Origin: Caecitellus pseudoparvulus
Lineage: Eukaryota; Protista; Bigyra: Bicosoecida
Assembly (NCBI GenBank): GCA_965644315.1
Contig: CBFFRQ010000053.1
Location: forward strand, 62,001-126,000
Length of the DNA stretch: 64,000 nucleotides
Direction: 5' to 3'
Made by a program: the position numbers and the translations under genes. The notes under the pieces were generated by a model. It made no database searches. It had not been told where the DNA came from and was given only the letters and a program-made list of their open reading frames with translations. Positions 44,793-57,600 of this stretch are shown piece by piece (positions within the stretch are counted from its first letter, which is position 1; each line of letters starts with the position of its first letter).

Positions 44793-46622
44793 ATGTCAGG
44801 ACGCCGCACCCGGCGACCTGGCCCTGGGGGCGTCCACCACGGGACACAGCACAGCGCCCGTCGAGACTTCAGCAAGGAGGAGGGGCAAGGACGTCCAATT
44901 TCCGCAAGGAGTTGGATGAGCAGTGACGGTAGGAGCACGGCAGGCACCTTGACAGCCAGCGCCCGGAGCTCCTTCGCATCGTCTGCGCGAACCAGTGGCG
45001 AGTGTGGTGGCGCTCGGCACCGGCGGTGGCAGCAGCAACAGGCTACCCGGTCACGCAGCACGCCAAGCCAGCACGACGATAAAGGCTCTCAAAGCAGAGA
45101 GGTTGATGAAGCCAAGCTGGACGACCTCGTGGAGACATTGCGAGCCCAGTTCTCAACGAGTCACCAGAGTTTGCGTGAGCACTTTCGGCAGTGGGACGCA
45201 GACGGAAGTGGCAGCGTTGACATGGACGAGTTGCAGGTTGCCCTGCAGGACATGGGGCTGCAGCTTAGCAAAGCCGAATGTGAGGCATTGACGCAGCGCT
45301 TTGACAACAACGGAGACGGCTGCATTCAGTATGACGACCTGGTGGACCTGATGTGCGGCCATGAAGAGCTGCTGGCCTTCACCGCGTCTCGGCCGGACTT
45401 GCACTTCATCACGCACCCCGTGGAGGCCCTGGAGAGCATGCGCCAGGAAGAGAACATGGCGGGAAAGATCTTAAGTTGGGCAGGAAGGCAGGCGCGGCGG
45501 CCGCTGCACGCCCATGACGTGGCAGCACGACCTGGATTTACCACTTGGCACGCTGCGTCTGGGATCAGCGAGGCAGATGTGTTCTGCGCAGAAACCGGTG
45601 AAGAGCAGGGCAGGCGTACCCCAAGTGCCATAGTTGTGGGGGAGATAGGCATGCAAAATGGCCGAGATGCACTCGTGCGATTGAAGGCCAAGCGCGTTCG
45701 GCGCATGCAGGTCACTGGTTCGGGACACTTGGATGTGGGCACCGCACCAGCCTGGCACGCAGGAAAGCAGTGCATGGCAACATATGATGGGAAGCAGCAG
45801 TGGCTTAGCGCCCAGCAGGCCCACACGGCTGCCACGGTGTCCACACCTGCACAACCCGCAGCCGAAGTGCGTCAGGAGCCACCGGCACCCTCAGGAGGAA
45901 CCGCCGAGGCAAAGGCCGAGGCAAGAGCCGCTGCCCCTCCAGAGCCAGACCAAGACTTCAAGCTGCTGATTCAAGACAGCCGAAAGCTGCGCCAGCAGCA
46001 AGCGCTGGCACAAGCCACACACACAGGACAGCCGCGCCGAGGTCTGCTTGGCCGGCCAGTGAAGGCTGCCCCCACCACGCTCGCTGGCGAACTGAGGCAA
46101 AAGAAGCTCCAGGCGCAAGCTCGCTTGGGCATGCACCACCTGCTGCACGTTGGCCCTCCGCAGGTATCCCGAGCAGCCGTGCGGCAGCAGCACAGCAGTT
46201 CAGTCAACCTCATTGCTCCTCGAGCTGGGCAGCAGGACCAGGAGCTGCTGCAGGACAAGGTTGCCTGGAAGTCGCAGACTGCCCTGTTCAGAGCAGGCGC
46301 CATGCTGCCTGACCAGTATGCAGATAAAATGAAGGTGTTGAGCAGGGTTGCGCGCTGCAAGGAGGCGCAGGAGGCGTACCAGGCAAGAATACGGAGAGAG
46401 GATGCCCAGCGCAAAGCAGCGGTGGCGGCGGATCTGGAGCAGCGCAGGGTGATTGCAGAGAAGACCCAAGCAGCGTTTCAGCGGGAAGTGGAGCGCAGGA
46501 ACCGAGATGACTTGTGGGAGCACACGTCCGCTGCATCTGGGGCCCGCCTGCGGGCACACCCAAACCCAGCCTTCCGCTCCGACGTCGCCGCATTCGGTTT
46601 CGGCCCCCAGCCTCAAGCGTAG
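44793..46622 (+). CDS. EF-hand pair protein with C-terminal coiled coil
   Basis: EF loops DADGSGSVDMDE and DNNGDGCIQYDD; start taken at the first plausible ATG. Confidence 0.75.
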   Translation: MSGRRTRRPGPGGVHHGTQHSARRDFSKEEGQGRPISARSWMSSDGRSTAGTLTASARSSFASSARTSGECGGARHRRWQQQQATRSRSTPSQHDDKGSQSREVDEAKLDDLVETLRAQFSTSHQSLREHFRQWDADGSGSVDMDELQVALQDMGLQLSKAECEALTQRFDNNGDGCIQYDDLVDLMCGHEELLAFTASRPDLHFITHPVEALESMRQEENMAGKILSWAGRQARRPLHAHDVAARPGFTTWHAASGISEADVFCAETGEEQGRRTPSAIVVGEIGMQNGRDALVRLKAKRVRRMQVTGSGHLDVGTAPAWHAGKQCMATYDGKQQWLSAQQAHTAATVSTPAQPAAEVRQEPPAPSGGTAEAKAEARAAAPPEPDQDFKLLIQDSRKLRQQQALAQATHTGQPRRGLLGRPVKAAPTTLAGELRQKKLQAQARLGMHHLLHVGPPQVSRAAVRQQHSSSVNLIAPRAGQQDQELLQDKVAWKSQTALFRAGAMLPDQYADKMKVLSRVARCKEAQEAYQARIRREDAQRKAAVAADLEQRRVIAEKTQAAFQREVERRNRDDLWEHTSAASGARLRAHPNPAFRSDVAAFGFGPQPQA

Positions 46623-46837
46623 CAGGGCACATCCAAGGCGCAACTTTGGACAGGGAGCAAGGAAGACAACGAACCGTCTTGGCCCGCCCTGCCGGTGCCG
46701 GTCTGCGGTCGGCGTTTGCCATGTCTTGCCACACCGCACTTCGCCCCACAATCCAATCACGACACACAAGCACGCGCCCAACGCTGTGGAGTTGTTGGCC
46801 TGCGCAGCAGGTTTGCTCAGCCCCCTTGCCAGCAGCC

Positions 46838-47884
46838 ATGGCCGCTGCCGCAGCAGCCAGCGAGGCAGATGCCTTGAAAACTGCGCTCATGCTGCTCCGC
46901 CGCACCAACCCCTCAGAGGTTGAGCACTTCGCGGAGGCGCTGGACGTGCTGCTCGAGCGGGACGTAGCTGACGACTTCTTGCAGCGTGTGGACATGCCTC
47001 TTGTGGTTGTCCATGATCCTGAGGCGGGCAAAGACTTCTTGGCCACGGAGTTCAACGCAGATGGCGATGCTTACAGGTGAGGCAAAGTGCAGTGCACCTG
47101 CTCCCCGCCGCCACGCCACCCGCTGCCACGGCGCGTGCCCAGATCCCCTTGGAGCAACAAGTACTTCCCAGCGGAGGACGCTGAGGAAGGGGCCTTCACG
47201 CCTTCTGGCGAGCTGCGCGAGCTGGAGGTGCATGCCAACGCCCTCTTTGACACATACCGGCAGCAGTGAGTGGTGCGCTTGGCAGCTCAGAGGTGCAGCC
47301 CCATCCACCCGCCTCCTCCCCAAACTCCCCAGGTACTATGACCGAGGCAACAGCATTTCATCTGTGTATGTTTGGGAGGTCGAAGGTGGCTTTGCCGCTG
47401 CTTTCTTCATTCGCTGCTGTGCGTCGAGTTGCCCGGCCAGAGCTCCCACGTCCTGCACGGCACACTCCTTCCTTGCACAGTGGCGCCGACTGGTGGTGCT
47501 GTGACTGAGGGCAGCTGGGAGTCCACTCATGTGGTGGGCGCGAACAAGGGAGCTGGCAACAAGTGGGAAGTGCAGGTCACCAGCAGCGTCACGCTGTCCC
47601 TCGGCGTGCAGGGTGAAGGGGTGGGCAAGGTGCACGTGGGCGGTACGAAGACACTGCAGGGTAAGACCAACGTGACCATGCAGCTGTCCAAGCCAGACGA
47701 AGTCATGATGCAGCTGGGGCCGCTGCTGGAGACCATGGAGAAGAACATCCTGGACTCCCTGAATGCCGTGTACTTGAACCGCGCCAGCTCCACAGTGGCC
47801 AGCATTCGCAAGGCTGGGGACCCCCGCAGAGAGAAGGAGTTGACGGAGAAGCTGGCCAAAGCCGCTGCGGCCAGCCCGCTGTGA
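46838..47884 (+). CDS. CAPZB: F-actin capping protein beta subunit
   Basis: [21 protein letters not shown]|[31 protein letters not shown]; three introns. Confidence 0.92.
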
Positions 47885-48076
47885 GGGGCAGCGCAGACGC
47901 CCTCCCCGCTCAAAATGCACCCCCACACTTGCAGTACGCCGGAGAGTCGTGGGCCGCTGCAACGCGGGCACTGAACGCAGCATGCTCTCGAGCGAGGCTT
48001 GAGTGGGCCTCGACAAGGCCAGCCTGCACTTGGCTGGCGGCACTCCGACCGGCTTGCCCAGCCGCCTGTGCTCGCC

Positions 48077-50867
48077 ATGACAGCACCAGAGCCTGCCCAT
48101 GGTCCTTTCAATGTCCGGAAGCCGCCCGAGGCGATTCTCCCCGCGCTCAGTGCCAGCGTTCGCTCGGCACTTGCCAGCGTGCAATCGGTGCGGATTTTGC
48201 CTGCGGAACATGACGCCAGCCTGCCAGCCACACCCAGCTGCGCCCCATGCACAGGGAGACCTCCAAGCTTTCGACCAGGTGGTGGAGGAGCTGACCTCTG
48301 GCTCTGCCCAAGTGTTTGGCCGCCTTGCCATTGCATTCGGCAAGCACGCTTCCCTCCTGGCCCGCTGCCCTCAGCACTCACCTCGCTTGCTGGCACCCCT
48401 GCGGGCACGTGCGTGGGCAGAAGGCCTGCACACTGCTCGAGCAGTGGCCTACTGCATGTACCAGCTGGTCAGTGTCAGTAGTTCCTTCCTGCAGCCCTGC
48501 CTCGACACCTTGGTGCACGCCTTCAAGGCGCAAAGCGAGAGCTCGGCCGTCGACGCCGCTGCTGGGCCGCCTACCAGCCAGGCCAGCACTGCCCCTGCTG
48601 CTGTGGACGCCAAGGCGGGTGCATCGCCCCCTGAAGATGGGTTGTGGCCCCTCCGTGAGGTGGCCATGGCGGGTCTGCAGGCCACCCTGGCAAAAGTGCC
48701 CACGGCGGGGGGACCTCTCTTCGCGGCACTGGTATCCAGCTTCCCGCACAAGTCGCACAGCGAAGAGGTACACCGGAGCTACGTAGCATGCTTGCTGGCC
48801 TTGTCCAGGCGTGTCCCCACACTGCGTGATCGTGTGCTGGCGCTGGTGCTGGAGAAGATGGTGGACCTGGACGTGGAGATCGTTCTGGGCCCCACCGAGG
48901 CGGGGGACGACACAGTGCCGGCAGCCAACAAACTAGACACCTGCCTCAGCGCCCTGCTGCGCCAGCTGGACGAGTGGTGCAGTGCGAAGCCAGGCATTGC
49001 CGGGGTGCCCGCTTCCTTGCGCTGCCACATGCTGCCGCATGCCCAGCAGCCGGAGGCGGTCGCAGCAGCGGACTCTGCCACGCCGCCCTCGGCAGCGGCG
49101 CAGAGCAGTCAGGAGCACCTCTTCGCGGTGTGCCTGGCGGTATTTGAGCGCAGTGTCCTGCTTGCCCAGCGCTGCAAGTATGTGCAGTTCACGCTGTTCT
49201 ACCTCTGCCGGCTGTCAGTGAGCTTGACAGACCAGTTCGTTGGGCGCCTCATCAGCCACCTGCAGAGTGACGCCCTGCCCACCGTCTCACGTGCCGCCTG
49301 TGCTGCGTATGCAGCTGGGTTCTTGGCCCGGGCAGGGTACGTGTCCGACACCACACTGCGCTCAGCACTGTGGCTGCAGCTGCAGTGGATGCACAAGTAC
49401 ATCGACCACTTCGGCGGGCAGGTGTCCAGCTTGGTAGAGGTGCAGGGGGCGGCGGCATCGGCTGCCCCTCGCGGACAAGCCGGCGGCACAGAGGACAGCC
49501 TCGTCCGCAACGACATAGTTTTCTACGCAGTCGTGCAGTCGGTGCTGTACACGGTCGTGTTCCACGCTGCCAGCCTGCAGGGCAAGCTGGGTGGTCTGGA
49601 CTTCCTGCGGTACATGCAGTGGGGTCGGGTGGTGGGGAACCGCCTCGACCCCCTGCGGTACTGTGCCCGAGACGTCGCCAGCGAGTTTCTGCGCGTCGCC
49701 CAGCTGCTGGACTTGGCACCGCAAGAGGACCTCGCCCGCTCCTCAGTGTACGCCAGCCTGGCTGCAGGGGGCAGCGCAGAAGCCAGCGGTGCTGACTCGG
49801 CCAAGGCCAACCCAGTCAGCAGCTTCTTTCCCTTCGACCCCCTGCTCCTGCGCCAGTCGTCTGGCTTCGTGGGGGGCCTGTACCGCCACTGGCATGCCGT
49901 CACCATGCCTGGTCTGGCTGGGGGCACTGACGAGGAAGACGACGAGGAGGAGGGGGGGGGTGGCGCCACCACTGACGACGGTGCCTTTGCGTCCTTTGTC
50001 AGCGAGGCTGAAGGCAGCGCGCCCTTGCCTGGGGCGTCTCGACGCTCCCGCATGAAGCGCCGTCGCAGTGACAGCTCCCTGGGCAGTGCCACTTCCCGGT
50101 CCAGCGCTTCCGGCAGCGCCTCTGCGCCGAAGCGCCCACGACGGTACTCTGGCACGAGTGACGGCAGTGCGTCTGCGAGTTGGCGCAAAGGCAGCGTGGA
50201 CGAGGGGGATGGGGACGACACTGAGGCGGGGCTGGGAGAGTTGGATGCCACGGTGGACGCAGGCGTGCCGTCGGCCATGATGGATGCCGTGAACAATGCC
50301 GGAGACGGCGTGCTGGCCAGGCGACTGAGGGCGCTCTCTTTCGATGAGGGCACGTACAATGCCATGACGGCCTCGCGGGCTCCCGAGCCGCAGGGGCGAG
50401 CCAGCCTCCTGGGCGGCATCGCGCTGATGTCCACTGCCAGGGCCAGCTACGGCGGGGGGGGGCTGGGCGCCGTGCAGCTGGGGCTGGCAGACCACCCCTC
50501 CCCTGTCGCCGAAGGGGGGGATGACAGCGATGCAGAGGAAGGGCAGACGCCCGGCCTGCCATTTGGGGGGGGCGTGGCTGCCTTGCCTGTGCCTGGTGTG
50601 GCTGCGTCGGGCCCCAGTGCCTCCCCAGCGCTGGACGGCGTGAAGCCGCCCAACTGGGATGTCTTTGTCGCCCTCATGCACAACGCTGCAGATGCTGCGA
50701 GCGGCGCGGACACACCCACGCGGCCTAGCACGTGGGCTGGTACTGGCACCACCTCCGAAAGTGACCTGGCCTCCTCTGACTCGGGCAGCAGCAGTGACTC
50801 AGACAGCAGCAGCGACTCTGCCTCGACGCATTCCAGCGACAGCTCCAGCAGCAGCGATGGAAGCTAG
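48077..50867 (+). CDS. RRN3: RNA polymerase I transcription initiation factor RRN3 (TIF-IA)
   Basis: FPHK, LEKMVDLDVEI, KYVQFTLFY, FLARA, VFYAVVQSVLY, FFPFDP; one 5' intron; Ser/Asp-rich tail. Confidence 0.88.
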
Positions 50868-50910
50868 CCTGGCTGCGGCGCCAGCTACAAGCAGACTGCA
50901 TTGCAAGAAT

Positions 50911-52540
50911 TCACACATCGTCTTCCTTGCCGAATATCGGCACGATGCGGCCAAAGTCCCGCTTGCCATGGTTCAGGCATGTTGCCATCCACCCCAAGTT
51001 CTTGGCTTCCTGCTCCTTCAACTTCACGTACGAGTAGAAGAGCGCGAAGTGGAACTGGCCGTCGAAGGCGCCCTCCAGGACGTGCACGTGGTGCTTGAAG
51101 AATGCCTGTGTGATGTCCTTGACGCCCGAGACACGCACGGCAGCTGGTGCAGCGACGCCGCCGCCGTCACCACCGCCCCCTGCCTCCTCCTCCTCCTCCT
51201 CCTCCCCCACGAAGTAGTCAGCCTCCGCCACCTCCTTCACATCCGCCTCCTCCCATAGCCGGCGGTACTCAAAGTACGGCTCCAGCTTCAGCGCGATGGC
51301 ATCCTCTGTGTCCACTTGCGCCAGCTCCATAGCCCCCTCGGGGTACAGCTGGCCAAAGGCTGGGTACATGGCCTTGCGGCTGCTCTCCCGCTCGGCGGCC
51401 TGCCAGGCGAAGGGTGGCGCGGGCGGGTGACATGTGACAGTGTGCGTTGAGGTGCAGGGCGCGCACTCACATTGTTGTACATGGTTCCTAGGCTGTTGTA
51501 TGTGACGTTGATGGTGATGGCGTCCGCCCGAGCACCCAGCAGCGCCCGCATCTGTGCAGCTGTCTCCCCAGGCACGCCCTGGCTCCAAAAGTAGAAGTCC
51601 TCCAAGTACAGCTTCATGATGGAGTTCTCCAGCAGGGCTAAGGGCATCTCGGACAGGCGGGACCGGGCCTCCTCGGCGCCGCTCACTGCCGACGCCTCTG
51701 CTTGGTCTGCCAGGAACTGAGCGAAGTACTTCCCCACCGGCAGCTCAATGAGCACGGAGCTGTACAGCTGCTCAAGGCCTGCGAGTGGGAGATGGGCACA
51801 AGTGCAAGGGGTGCGCAGTTGGAAACACTGCCAGGCCGCAGGGCTTGCCCGCGAGGGGAGACGCACCTTCCGGCGATGAGTCGAAGGCGGCGATGGCTTT
51901 CATGACGCTGCTGGCGAAGCGCCCCAGAGGGTGGCAGGTGTCCAGGGCCTCCTGCAGGCGTTCGCTGCTGGGGTCTGTGCCTTCCTGTGTAGCTTTGAGG
52001 ATGTCGATCACTGTCTCAATTTGGTACTCAAACCTGCGAAGCGGGGCTAGCAGCCTTGCGCAAGACTGCGCAGTCAGCTCGGGGCGACACCGCACGCACT
52101 GCACAAAGTCCATGAAGGTGGCGAGGTCGCCGCCCGCTTGCTCCCGCATGAATGTGAACTCGGCTGCGAGCTTCTCGCGGCACGCTGCCTTGATGGCCTT
52201 CGCCGACAGCACCTGACCAGGAGCAGTGAAGGCGGAGCGATTGTGCGGGGGTGCCGGGCAAGCGCGCTGGGGGGCAGGCCACGCACAGGGAGCTTTTCCT
52301 CAGCGAAGACATCGGCATAGTCTGTCTCTTGCAGGTTTAGTCGGAGGTCTGCGTCGCAAGTCGAGGCAAGGCGGCGTTGCTGCGCTTGGCCCGGGCTGAG
52401 GGATCTGGCTGCGGGTGCACACCTTCAATGCGCCTGCAGTCCCGCAAGTGCGAGTAGTCTGCGTCTGTCAAGAAGGTGGAACGAAGACCACGCATGTATG
52501 CTTCCAAGAAGCCGTAGTTCATGTTCCACACCGTCTCCAT
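50911..52540 (-). CDS. ATP6V0D: V-type proton ATPase V0 subunit d
   Basis: GFLEAYMRGLRSTFL, DLRLNLQETDY, CHPLG, KLYLEDFY, INVTYNSL, QFHFALFYSYVKLKEQE; five introns. Confidence 0.93.
51183..51203. repeat. (CCT)n microsatellite encoding poly-Glu in V-ATPase d
   Basis: About seven tandem CCT units. Confidence 0.8.
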
Positions 52541-52757
52541 GGCGAAGACCCAGGCGCCGCTGGCGCTGCCCTGCGGAAATAGAATCGACTCGAGCACCCT
52601 CGCTCAGGCTTTTGGCGCGCTGGCCGCAGCTGCTGCCCGGGAAATCAAGCAGGGTGTGCAGCTTGGTTGGAAAAGTCCTGTGGCTGCACATCTCGCATCA
52701 CGGGCACCATGTATTGTCGCAGTGCTCAGAGTGCTGAACTGCGCTCCTTGCCCCGGC

Positions 52758-53723
52758 TCACTCGGCAGGGGTCTTGAAGGCGTCAGAAGCAAAGACAGCC
52801 TCCGTTGCTGCCACAGACGGGCGCCCAGACATCTCCTTCACCCACTTGCTGATGCTGGGGAATGCCTCTGCGCTGAGGCCCAGCTCTGCGGTGGCTTCCG
52901 GGAAGGCTGCCGGTAGGCGCGTAAGGATGGCAGCCAGCCAGTGGAAGTGGGAGACGTCCGCCACCGTCAGGGCCTCGCCAGCCAGGAAGGGGCTGGTGGC
53001 CAAGCGGCCTTCAATGACTTCCAGGATGCGCTTCGTCTCCTTGCCGAAGCGCTGCAGGGAGTAGGCGTCCGCCTCCTCCTTCTTGGTGAGGAAGTGGTAC
53101 AAGTTGCCTGCGTTGGGGCCAAGGCCAGTCTGCTGCAGGAACAGCCAGGACAGTGCAGAGGCGCGTGCGGTGGGCTCAGACGGCAACAAGTCGGTGCCTT
53201 CCGCCAAGTGCAGCAGGATCGCGCCTGTGGGGTGAGGGGCACAGGTAGCACATTGAAGCGCTGTCCAGCGCGCGCTGCTGGATTGCCGCGAGGCGTTCGA
53301 AGCACACACCTGACTCCCACACATTCACAGGCTTCTCCCCGCGAGCATCGACAATGGCAGGAATCTTGCCGTTGGGGTTCACAGCCTGTGTGCGCGAGAG
53401 GGGCGGAGCACAGGTGTCGTGCGGGTCGGGTGCGGGTCGGGTGCGGATCGGAAGGCACGCTGGTGGACGCACCAAGAACTCGGGCGATTTCTGCTCCCCC
53501 GCGCTGAGACGGATGGCCTTGACGTCATAGTCCAGGCCCAGCTCCTCAGCGGCGAGAATGATCTGGCGGGGGGCGTCAGCAGGTGCGAGCGGTGCATGGA
53601 CGTGCCCGGCGCCAAGGAATTCCACGCTCTGCAGGGGGCCGCACAGCACAAGTGCCAACGTACCTTCTTGCCGTTGGGTGTGTCAGCAACAAAGATGTTG
53701 AGCTTGCCTTCCGTTGCAGCCAT
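52758..53723 (-). CDS. Glutathione S-transferase, Nu/Ure2-like class
   Basis: TPNG motif, QKSPEFL|AVNPNGKIPAIVD, WES|GAILLHLAE, FLAGEALTVAD; three introns. Confidence 0.9.
53419..53451. repeat. 11-bp tandem repeat (GTGCGGGTCGG)x3 in a GST intron
   Basis: gtgcgggtcgg gtgcgggtcgg gtgcggatcgg. Confidence 0.7.
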
Positions 53724-54605
53724 GGTGTCAAGTTGGTGGGGACCTGTGGACCTCGTGCCGGGTAGTGGGCAGTGCGGGTACGTGCGGCTCGGGACGGCTG
53801 CGGACGAGGCCGCCACGCCACGGGTGGCTACGGAGGGACGCCAGCGCCGAGATTGACCAGCCCAAGCGTGGATGCTAGGAACGCACAATAAGGGACTAGG
53901 GGGTTGGTGCTGAAGCCTGGGAATTTCGTGCAAGGTGCGAAAAGGTGAGGGAGTTGGATAGTGCTCAGTCGCACATACTGCTGCAAAGCCAGGACCCCCC
54001 TCCATCCCGAGGAAGTGCCTGAAGGGGGGGGGGGGCGCTTCAGGCCTGCCCCTCTGGGTCCCACGCCGTCGCCGCTTGCGTGCAGTTTAACAGCACAGCT
54101 CAGACTGAGACAGTCCAGGAGGCAGGTGCATCGGTGTGGGTGTCCAAACTCCGCAACCACGCCAGCACTCCTCAACGGCACAGAGAAAAAGGGCCGCGGA
54201 AATGCCAACGCCAGATAAACGCATGCTGGAAATAACAACCATATACAGGCTACGAGGGCTCATCAAAAGAAGGCTCCATTGCAGTTCAGAGGACAAGAAA
54301 CGGAGCCCAAAGATAGGCTTGCGGAAGTTGGGCGCATGCCACCCGCGTCACACCCTCCTCAAATCAAAGGGCGGTGCAAGGGGCACCGCGAGGAGCAACA
54401 CGCGGGACCCCGAATTCCAGCACCTGTAACACCTCTCCATTGCCAACAATCTACGACTGCCCACCAACCAACACGAAGTTGCACTTGCTCCAGGCTGGCA
54501 CGGCTCTTGGGAGGTGTCCAGGAAGTGCGCTGAGCCTGTGCAAGGTTCCCGCCCGGCAGTTTGTGACGTGGGCACCTTGCTGTGCCACCGGTACGCCGAT
54601 CCAAT

Positions 54606-57600
54606 ATGGGCCACGACAGCAAGCAAGCAGGTGTGGCCACTGGGATTGAGGACCAGGCGCCAGCTTTTCCTTACGGAGGACTGCGCCTCTCCTGCTTGGA
54701 CAGCTTTCGAGCAACTCCCAATGCTCACCGCGTGCGCGATGTCCTGTTCGGCACCCCACTGAACGTCTTCGTGGCGATCCTCATCGTCTACGCCGTTATC
54801 GTGGAGGACGTTCGCGTTTTGGTCCTGCCCATGTCAGCTGACTTTGCCATTTCCACAGTGACCCTCGTGGTTGCCGTGTTGCTGCTGGTGGAGCTGGTGT
54901 TGCTGTCGGTTTACGAGGAGGGCTATTTCCTCTCCTTCTACTGGATCTGCGACGCTGTCGCCACTGCCACTCTCTTACTTGATGTAAACTTCGTCGCGCT
55001 GGCCCGCTATGCACGCTTGGCCCGATTCCTGCGCATCACTAGGGTGTCTTTACGAGTGCGTGTCGCTGCGACAGGCCGCCTAGCCCCTCGCACGCAACGT
55101 TGGCCACACAGCGAGGCACAGCAGGCCATCGGTGTACGCCCCCAGCCCATGCACACTCCTTGCATTTCCTCTTCCCGCAGCTGCTTCGTGCTTCACGCGC
55201 TGCTGGCTGCGCCGGACGCACCGGCCGCTCCATCGCCAAAACCGACGAGAGGGCCGCCGTGCCAGGCGTGGCGCTCATGGGCACCTCCAAGCGCAGCATC
55301 CCGGAACGTGACACAGGCCTACACCAGCACTGGAAGCAAGTAGAGGCAGAGGAGGAGCAGTCCTCCGTGCCTACACCCACGGCACAGTCTACAGCCATGC
55401 CTCCTGCCCTGCCGGCAGACACGGTGCGCCCACCTCCCCGACCAGACGCCAGCACGCCTGGCCAGGAGGGGCAGCAACAAGAGAAGTCACGACACGGCAG
55501 GCATCACTCGTGGGTTGTGAGTCGCAGTCGCCTGCTGGCGTCTGACGAGTTCATTCCCGTCGAGACCGACAGCGAGGACAGCGACCATGAGTACATGGTG
55601 TCCAAAGCCGTGGAGATGCAGGTCCGCCCCACAACGCGCCTGCGCCGGTCAAAGGGCACCACCTCTGCGTCCGTCGCGCCTGCAGGCATGGTGGACACGG
55701 AGGTGGGGGCGCCATCCGTCGCCACGTCACTGCAGGCCGCCACCCTCGCGTCCAAGGCAGATGCGCGCCGGAAGGTGCGCCGGTCAGTGCTGGGGGAAAC
55801 CCTCATCCACCGCACCAGCTTGGTGGTGGTCATTGGCATGCTGTTGTCCGTGGTGGGCCTGCAGCTGTTGAGCCCGCACCTGTACCCCAACACGACGGCG
55901 CAGGACGGCCTGGGCTCCCTCGTGCGTCTCGCCGCTGCCGCCACGCCAGCCGAGGTGCAAGCCGCAGGCACGGCAGTGCGCCAAGGCACGCCGCTGCCCC
56001 CCTCCGCCTCTGCCCGGGCAGGAGACATGGCCAGCCTGCTGCAGTGGCAAGTGCAAGAGTTCTCCCGAGACCTGCAGCGGGCCCACGGGGAGGGCCCGCG
56101 CCTGCTGTACCTTCAGCTGAACGGCACGGTGTTCCTGGACGCTGAGGGCATCTTGAAGCGTCGCCGGCGCGATCCTGCTGAGAACTTGATGCCTGGGGAC
56201 GCCGACGCAGGGACGACTGAGGTGCCCAGTCCCCCCTTCGAAGTGGAGCGGCGCGTGGACAGCGTGCCCCCTGGGCGAGGGGGCGCGCCGCTGTTTCCAC
56301 CCGCAGCAGTGAACAGGTGTGGCGGAAGCCCCTCGTGTGTCATCGTGGACACGCGCGCCCTGGCCGTGGAGGCCGCCGCCTACAGCCTGGGGCTGTCCGT
56401 ATTCGTCGTGCTGCTGCTGCTGGGGTGGGGCCTCGTCTTCAGCATCAACTACCACATGCTGGTGATCGCGCCCATTGAGCGCATGGTATCTCGCCTGCGC
56501 CTGCTGGCACAGAACCCCATGCTGGCCCTGAGCCTCATCGACCCGCAGCAGGACAGCACAGGCACCGTGTACCACGGCATGGACGGAAAGGGGCAGGTGC
56601 CGCAGCCCCACAAGTCTGTGCTGGGGCAGTCCTGGCACAAGGACGTCCCAGCCACTCACAGTGGGGCGCATATTGGCAGCAAGCCCTCCCTGCTGCCTGA
56701 CGCCCCCCCCAACCTCAGCCTGGTGTCTGTCGTCACCTCTGACGCTGGGGAGCGCTGGTACGGCAGGCGTAAGGATTCCTTCTACGGCTCCACGGGGGTG
56801 CCACCTCCTGTCGCTGTGGCCAGGGTGGCGCAAGCTTCCTCCTCCCGCAAGGTCGTGGCAGGCATCCGGAACGAGCTGGCTGGGGCTGTGGCGCTGAGGG
56901 GTGCCAAGTCCTCCCGTGCGCTCACGCGGCGCTTCCGGCGGCGTGACCCTGGCCGCTCTGGCAAGTTCCTGGAAACGCACATTGTGGAAGCCAGCCTCTC
57001 TCGCTTTGGGCGCCTGCTGCAGGTGGTCGCGGGTGAAGCAGGGGCCGGCATCATCTCCCGTTCCCTGCGTGGCGGCTCCTTCGACCCCGTCGTGCCGGGC
57101 GTCAAGACGACGGCCGTGTTCGGCTTCGCAGACATCCGCAACTTCACCACGTGCTGTGAGGTGTTCCGGGAAGAGACCATGATGTTCACGAACAGCGTCT
57201 CCAATGTTGTGCACCGCATCGTGCACGACTGCGGCGGCGCCGTGAACAAGAACATCGGCGACGCCTTCCTGTCTGTGTGGAAGCCTTCTGCCGGCTACTT
57301 CGGCGCGCCTGATGCCCCCACACAGGCCCTCCTGGACCAAGCAGCTGCCATGATGGACGGCGACCAGCCTTCGTCAGAGGGCTCCTTCACGGGGGACTCC
57401 CCTGCTGTGTCAGGCGGGCCCGATGGCAAGGCGGGGCCTGTGGGGGGCAGCGCAGCTGCCAGCAGGCTTGACACGCCCGATGACCACCCTCGGACGAGTG
57501 CGTGGAGCCAGCGCATCGCGTTGGGGTTGGGAGGTATTGCGCAGGGCATCGGCGATGTCTCCTTCGACGTCGCCAAGATGCACTCAGCGCGGGAGGGGGT

